A stretch of DNA of 64,000 bases from Alphaproteobacteria bacterium (GTDB lineage: Bacteria > Pseudomonadota > Alphaproteobacteria > Rs-D84 > SZUA-605), in contig JAVBPW010000001.1 of NCBI GenBank assembly GCA_031549385.1, positions 224,001 through 288,000 of the forward strand. Direction: 5' to 3'. Under the pieces are notes generated by a model. That model saw nothing but the letters and a program-made list of their open reading frames with translations. It was not told the origin of the DNA and did no database searches. The position numbers and the translations under genes were made by a program. Position 1 is the stretch's first letter; the number at the start of each line of letters is the position of its first letter. Positions 58,719-64,000 of the stretch are shown one piece after another.

Positions 58719-59240
58719 TTATGGGTGGATTTGAATCGGGGTGCGGAGAGGGACTGATACATATAATTCGTCTATCTCTTCACTTGTTACTGCTATACAA
58801 CCTAATGTCCAATCAGATAGTGTATGGGCTGAACCTATTGCTCCCATACCGTTTGGAAGTCCGTGAATCTTTATTAATCCTCCTGGGGATTTTTTATTCT
58901 TTTTAGCAAATACTTTATCAGTTTCGTTTGGATAGGAGACGCCTAAATTTTTATGATAACTGCTGTTTGGATTTTTACCATCTATGTAATATAAACCTTC
59001 TGGGGTTTTCCCGTCGCCTTCAAATTGTTTTGCTCCTGTTGGGTTTGTACCTAAGGCTATTTTATAAGTTTTTAATAATTTTCCATTTTGATAAACTTTC
59101 ATTTCTCGTTTGCTTTTGAAGACTTCTATTTTATCTATTTTAGAATCTTTTGGAAGTGGGGCAGATGAGTTGGCAGTTAGAATCGAACATGAGAGGATTC
59201 CTATTATTAATACAGATAAAATAATTAAAAATTTTTTCAT
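58719..59240 (-). CDS. L,D-transpeptidase (YkuD/YafK-like)
   Basis: KQFEGDGKTPEG.Y, SYPN, IKIHG, WTLGCIA. Confidence 0.93.
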   Translation of the reverse strand: MKKFLIILSVLIIGILSCSILTANSSAPLPKDSKIDKIEVFKSKREMKVYQNGKLLKTYKIALGTNPTGAKQFEGDGKTPEGLYYIDGKNPNSSYHKNLGVSYPNETDKVFAKKNKKSPGGLIKIHGLPNGMGAIGSAHTLSDWTLGCIAVTSEEIDELYVSVPLRTPIQIHP

Positions 59241-59339
59241 TAGTTTTATTGTAAATAGTTTGGAAAATATGTCAAAGGAATTAATGCTTTACAATTTTTA
59301 TTTGAAATAGGATAATAATCCTAATTGAGAGGTTTAAAT

Positions 59340-59981
59340 ATGAAATTTTTGAAAAAACTTTTTACTACTAAAAAAACAAAAAGAAAAGAATTATGGAAAG
59401 AACAAAATAAACATAATTTTACTTGGATGGATGGAAAGTTTGATATTTCTAAAGTTCAAGTTGGCAATTATAGTTATGGACCTGTTAAAGCTTATTTTTG
59501 GGGTAGTGAAGGTGAAAAACTTGTTATTGGTAATTTTGTTTCTATTGCAAATAATGTAACATTTATTTGTGGTGGAAATCATCCTTATATGGGATTTTCT
59601 ACTTATCCTTTTAAGAGCTATTTTTTTGATGAACCTGATGATGTTTATTCTAATGGTTATATTGTTATTAAAGATGATGTGTGGATTGGTATGAATTCTG
59701 TAATAATGTCTGGAGTTACTGTTGGACAGGGAGCTGTTATTGCTGCTGGTGCGGTTGTGACTAAAGATGTTGAACCTTATGCTATTGTTGGTGGAAATCC
59801 TGCTAAACTTATTAAATATCGTTTTGATGAGGAAATAAGAGAAAAGATGTTGAGATTTGATTTTTCTCGATTAAGTAAAGAAATTATTATGAGAAATAAA
59901 GATATTTTGTATAGACCTTTAACATCTGAAAATATTAAACAGTTTGTAGGGGAGCGAAAATCAGAAATTGATTCTTTTTAA
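59340..59981 (+). CDS. CatB/Vat-related hexapeptide O-acetyltransferase
   Basis: VGNYSYG, IGNFVSIA, GGNH, STYPF, DDVWIG, KDVEPYAIVGGNPAK. Confidence 0.92.
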   Translation: MKFLKKLFTTKKTKRKELWKEQNKHNFTWMDGKFDISKVQVGNYSYGPVKAYFWGSEGEKLVIGNFVSIANNVTFICGGNHPYMGFSTYPFKSYFFDEPDDVYSNGYIVIKDDVWIGMNSVIMSGVTVGQGAVIAAGAVVTKDVEPYAIVGGNPAKLIKYRFDEEIREKMLRFDFSRLSKEIIMRNKDILYRPLTSENIKQFVGERKSEIDSF

Positions 59982-60940
59982 AATTCTTTTTTTTGTGGGC
60001 GGGAAAATAAAGCAGCAAAATTTTCTTTTAAATCTTTTCCTTCAAAGATTACTTTGTATAAACCTTGTGTGATTGGCATTTGTATTTGATGCTTTTTACA
60101 TAGGTTGTGTGTGGCTTCTAATGTGTCTACACCTTCTGCTAGTTTTTCCATCTTTATGCCTTTAACTAAATTTTCTCCGTATTTTCTGTTGTGACTGTGT
60201 GGAGAGAATAGAGTGGCTTCATAATCACCTAAATGTGCTAGTCCATAGGCAGACATAGGATTGCCTCCCTCTGCGTCTATCAAGCGGCTTATTTCTTTTG
60301 TGGCGCGTGACATTAATGCGCCTTTTAAAGATGAGTAGCCTAAGCCATCTAAAATACCAGCTGCTATTCCAATTACATTCTTTGTTGCAGCGCCTATTTC
60401 ATTTCCTATTAAATCATTTCCATAATAAAAACGAATCATTTCTGAACTGAAATTATCTACTATTTTTTTTGTTGTTTCTGGATTTTTGGAATCTATTACC
60501 ATGCAGTTTGGAATTCTTTTTACAAATTCTTGAACATGACCTGGACCTACCCAGATGGCTAATTCTATATCTTGATTAATTTCTTCTTCCATGATTTGTG
60601 TTAATCTTTTGCCTGTTCCTTTTTCCAAACCTTTCATGCAAAGGATAAAGGTTTTACCTTTTAAATCATGTGTGTTTAATTCTTTTGCTAGCCCTCTTAG
60701 ATTTTGTGAACCTATTGAGATTATTATTGTATCTGATGTGAGGGCTTGCTTTAAGTCTGATGATAATTCTATGTTATCATTTAATTCCAAATATTCGTTC
60801 TTTCGTGTTGTGAGAAGAGTTTGAAAGTCTGGAGCAGATGCTCTACTGTACAAAATTACTTTCTTAAATAAAAGGGAAGCATGCCATGCTTGGAATGTTC
60901 CCCATCTTCCTGAACCTATTACTGAAATTTGATTTTTCAT
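59978..60940 (-). CDS. gpsA: NAD(P)H-dependent glycerol-3-phosphate dehydrogenase
   Basis: GSGRWG, MKGLE, GPGH, GAATKNVIGIAAG, LGD, AEGV. Confidence 0.93.
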   Translation of the reverse strand: MKNQISVIGSGRWGTFQAWHASLLFKKVILYSRASAPDFQTLLTTRKNEYLELNDNIELSSDLKQALTSDTIIISIGSQNLRGLAKELNTHDLKGKTFILCMKGLEKGTGKRLTQIMEEEINQDIELAIWVGPGHVQEFVKRIPNCMVIDSKNPETTKKIVDNFSSEMIRFYYGNDLIGNEIGAATKNVIGIAAGILDGLGYSSLKGALMSRATKEISRLIDAEGGNPMSAYGLAHLGDYEATLFSPHSHNRKYGENLVKGIKMEKLAEGVDTLEATHNLCKKHQIQMPITQGLYKVIFEGKDLKENFAALFSRPQKKEF

Positions 60941-60948
60941 AGTGCTAA

Positions 60949-61836
60949 CTATTTAACCTTCTTTTTTGTGGTGATAATTCTTTCGTATTCTTTATGTGAT
61001 AAAACATAAATGAATACTTTGTGTTTTTTGCATAAAGCAAATACTTCTTCTTTATCAACTATCATTGCACCATCTTCAAGAATTACTATTCCTTGGAAGC
61101 CTGCTTCAATTACAGAATTAAGAGTTCCTGTTCCAACTGCTGGAAGGTCTACTCTCATTTCTTGTCCTGGTTTTGGTAGTTTTACTAAGATTGGTTTTGA
61201 ACCTGGCTTCTTTAGTTTTCCACCTCTTTTTATAGTTGCATCTGTTCCGTCTTCGCCTTCCAAAGATAGAGCAATTTTTTGTTGAACAACTGCTGATTGA
61301 CCTGCATCACATGCACCTATGTGATATGATACTAATGATCCAAATTCTATGTCAGTCATTACTTCTTTGCTTAGTTTTGGAGTGTAGCCATGAAGGCCTG
61401 GTTTTAATACTATTTCTGGAGCAAAATCTTGAACTGGTAAAATTTTGAATCCTTCTGATTCTATGTGTTCAAATAGTGCTCTAAATAGTTCGTCTGTTGA
61501 TTTTTTTGAAAGAGCTTTTTTGAAAAGTACTTTTAACGTGTAAAAATCTGGTATTAAAGATTTCCAATTTGGTCTTGAAATTGAGCCTGCGAAAATTAAA
61601 TCTTTTACATTTGCTTTTCTTAATTCTCTTATTGCTGCTCCACCTGCACCTAATCTTACCCATGCTTGAGGTAATTCTGTTGGAATCTTTTTTGGGTCTG
61701 CAAAACCTTTTAAACATAGTAAGAAAAAATCTTTCTTTTGTTTTTTCAAGTTATCAATTATGTTTAATGGAAGGTTTCCACCACCACATATTAGACCTAA
61801 CTTTCTAGTCTCAGATTTTTCAGTTTTACTTTTCAT
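60949..61836 (-). CDS. lpxI: UDP-2,3-diacylglucosamine hydrolase
   Basis: GLICGGGNLP, D.GQSAVV, E..DGTD..I.R, VKLPKPGQEMRVDLPAVG. Confidence 0.92.
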   Translation of the reverse strand: MKSKTEKSETRKLGLICGGGNLPLNIIDNLKKQKKDFFLLCLKGFADPKKIPTELPQAWVRLGAGGAAIRELRKANVKDLIFAGSISRPNWKSLIPDFYTLKVLFKKALSKKSTDELFRALFEHIESEGFKILPVQDFAPEIVLKPGLHGYTPKLSKEVMTDIEFGSLVSYHIGACDAGQSAVVQQKIALSLEGEDGTDATIKRGGKLKKPGSKPILVKLPKPGQEMRVDLPAVGTGTLNSVIEAGFQGIVILEDGAMIVDKEEVFALCKKHKVFIYVLSHKEYERIITTKKKVK

Positions 61837-61861
61837 CGGTTCTCCTTTGTTGTTTGGTTAA

Positions 61862-62845
61862 TTAAAACTTGTATGAAACACCTATTCTTAATATCGGTAT
61901 ATATTTAGCTTTTTTTATCTTGCTTTCAATCCATTCTTCTTCTTTTCTCAGATCATCTGGAGAAACGTATGTGCTGTTTGGTCCATATAATGATAATGTC
62001 ATTGAAGGTGATGGAGTGAACATTGTTCCAAGATCAGTTGTAATTGCAAGACCTGGGAGAACTGGAATATCTATACCTAATCCTAAATATGGAGTGAACT
62101 TTTTGCTCCAGTTCATTTCACCATACATTGTATATCCGTCTGGAAATGGATATGTTGTGTCACCAATTGTTACGTTTCCTGAAAGTTGAACTGCTCCATT
62201 AAGTTTTGAATTTTGACGATAGAATCCGCCTGTTATTCTTAAAATCTTTTTTAATGGATATACGTCTAATAAAATTCCATATGATTCACTTGAGAAAATT
62301 GCTTTTCCTTTTGAGAAGTCTAATTCAGTATCTGTTTTTCTTTGTATTAAGTCGTTTACATTTGATTGAGGAATTCTTAATGCATTTAAATAATTTGCTT
62401 CTAATCTTAATCCAAAGATACTAAAGAAACCTAATGTGCTTTGAAATGGTCTGTAACCTAATGAAAAATTTAACCCAGATGTTAATCCATAACCTGCACC
62501 TATTGTTAGTCCACTTATTATATCCAATGGATTTGGTACACTTGGAACACTTATGCTTGAAGAACTTGATGATGCTTCAGATGCACTTTTTTGTGCTGTT
62601 GAATTTACAGCTGATTGTGTTTGTGTTGTAGTTGGTACTGTTGTTTTAGCTGCTGTAGTTGCAGCAGTTGTTGTTGCAACTCCTTTAGTTTCAGCTTGCG
62701 CAATTGTAGTTCCACTTTGTGGTATTACTTTTACTAGTTGAGGTTGTGTTGTTGTTTTTTTCTTTGTAGTCGTTGCTTTTTTAGTTTGGGCAAATGATGG
62801 TGATGCTATTGCTGCAATTAATAAAAGTAATAAATATTTTTTCAT
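61862..62845 (-). CDS. Outer-membrane beta-barrel protein with Thr/Ser-rich N-terminal linker
   Basis: Signal peptide, T/S-rich stretch, LLDVYP, PYLGLG, IGVSYKF C-terminus; GGAG RBS at ATG 62845. Confidence 0.8.
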   Translation of the reverse strand: MKKYLLLLLIAAIASPSFAQTKKATTTKKKTTTQPQLVKVIPQSGTTIAQAETKGVATTTAATTAAKTTVPTTTQTQSAVNSTAQKSASEASSSSSSISVPSVPNPLDIISGLTIGAGYGLTSGLNFSLGYRPFQSTLGFFSIFGLRLEANYLNALRIPQSNVNDLIQRKTDTELDFSKGKAIFSSESYGILLDVYPLKKILRITGGFYRQNSKLNGAVQLSGNVTIGDTTYPFPDGYTMYGEMNWSKKFTPYLGLGIDIPVLPGLAITTDLGTMFTPSPSMTLSLYGPNSTYVSPDDLRKEEEWIESKIKKAKYIPILRIGVSYKF

Positions 62846-62950
62846 GGTTTCTCCTGTTTTAATAATAAAAATGAGCATAGTATTTTTTTTCCTAAGAGTC
62901 AATAAAACATTGAAGTTGATTTTATCATTAATTTGTCAGATACTTAATTT

Positions 62951-63748
62951 ATGAAGAAAATTTTTTTGTTTTTTATTGCTGCTATTTTTTCTGTTTCTTG
63001 CACTGCAGGAGTAGATGAAAATAAATTTGGAACTCCTATTAAGGAAGAAACCGAGTCGTTTTTGGGTGTGCCTTATGTTTTATCTCCTCTTGGTGAAGGT
63101 AGTAATTCTGATGTTGATAAAGATCCTTTGTGGAGGTTTGATGCGTTCGATTGTATGACATATGTTGAAACTGTTATTGCTATGCATAATTCAAAAAACC
63201 AAAAGGAATTTGAAGAGACTATGAATAATATTAGATATATGAATGGAAAAATTAGTTTTGGTTGGAGAAATCATTTTACAGAACTTGATTGGATAAGAAA
63301 TAATTCTAAATATGTGAAAGATATTACTTCATCTTTTAAAGAAGCTAAATTAAAAGAATTTCAAATTAATAGAAGTGCTTGGGTTTGGAAACATCTTAAA
63401 GTTCCAGAAATTTGTACAAAGGGTGGAGTTAAGTGCAAACTTGAATCTTATGATGCTCCATATGGAAATAATGTAAGGATATCTTATATTCCTAAAGGTA
63501 AAATTACAAAAGAATTTTTAAACCAATTGCCGGATAATGTGGTTATAAATATTGCTCGATGGAATGAAGAAAAAAATAAAAAACAAGGGTTTGATATATT
63601 TATCTATCATATGGGTTTTTTAATAGATAACAAAGATTTTTATCATGCCTCATCAACTCAAAAAAAAGTAGTTAAAGTTGACTTTTTTGAATATATTGCG
63701 AATCAACCTAAAGATTTTGTTGGGATAAATATATTGGAAATTAAATAG
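62951..63748 (+). CDS. DUF1460 family NlpC/P60-like amidase, lipoprotein
   Basis: Lipobox VSC, FLGVPY...LGEG, FDCMTYVETV.A, RNHFT..DW, HMGF, HASS. Confidence 0.88.
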   Translation: MKKIFLFFIAAIFSVSCTAGVDENKFGTPIKEETESFLGVPYVLSPLGEGSNSDVDKDPLWRFDAFDCMTYVETVIAMHNSKNQKEFEETMNNIRYMNGKISFGWRNHFTELDWIRNNSKYVKDITSSFKEAKLKEFQINRSAWVWKHLKVPEICTKGGVKCKLESYDAPYGNNVRISYIPKGKITKEFLNQLPDNVVINIARWNEEKNKKQGFDIFIYHMGFLIDNKDFYHASSTQKKVVKVDFFEYIANQPKDFVGINILEIK

Positions 63749-63793
63749 GCTTTGTGATATAATAGTAATATTATAAAAATAGGAGAAGAAAAA

Positions 63794-63988
63794 ATGAAAA
63801 CAGTTAATTTTATAATTTTATTATTAATAGTAGCAGGTGCTTTAAATATTGGTTGTGAAGGATTGTTCGGTATTAATCCATTAGCTTGGGTATTTGGTGC
63901 ATTCGTTCTTAAAATTATCTATATTGCTATTGGTGTTGCGGGGGTTGTGGGAGTTATATATATATTAACCGGCAAACGTTCACTTTAA
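63794..63988 (+). CDS. DUF378 family small membrane protein
   Basis: LLIVAGALNIG..GLFG.N......G......IYIAIGVAGV. Confidence 0.85.
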   Translation: MKTVNFIILLLIVAGALNIGCEGLFGINPLAWVFGAFVLKIIYIAIGVAGVVGVIYILTGKRSL

Positions 63989-64000
63989 AATTAATACTAT

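Noticed and set aside
59340-59981. CatB/Vat-like gene as an antibiotic-resistance determinant
   Set aside because: Hexapeptide acetyltransferases often act on sugars; substrate cannot be assigned from sequence and there is no mobile context

Overview
AT-rich chromosomal segment of a genome-reduced, probably host-associated alphaproteobacterium. Supporting markers are lpxI, olsB/olsA, secB-Tim44-mltA, alpha-type dnaQ/xerD, dacA-tmk-holB-tatD and an initiator tRNA with an A29-U41 pair. The window looks origin-proximal: parA/parB, two parS sites, mnmE/mnmG/rsmG and a DnaA-box cluster at ~47.5-47.75 kb. It holds about 65 CDS, 7 tRNAs (Lys, Val, Arg, His, Gln, Glu, fMet) and two frameshifted outer-membrane genes; no rRNA, CRISPR or intact IS was seen. 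Main unexplained signals: (1) a 21-nt palindromic trailer with a co-varying outer base pair fused directly to the CCA of four different tRNAs; (2) a one-orientation intergenic module (CCGGC, T-tract, IHF-like box, GANTC at fixed spacing) in at least 8 copies, with variants attached to both parS sites; (3) a tandem pair of secreted Cys-rich proteins with SARSAR low-complexity N-termini, one missed by the ORF track; (4) an intact PBP5/DacA homologue that has lost all three catalytic motifs; (5) an orphan toxin-tip-like ORF, partner ORF and candidate structured RNA beside tRNA-Lys; (6) an isolated virB3-virB4 pair. All calls are by eye, with no database searches.
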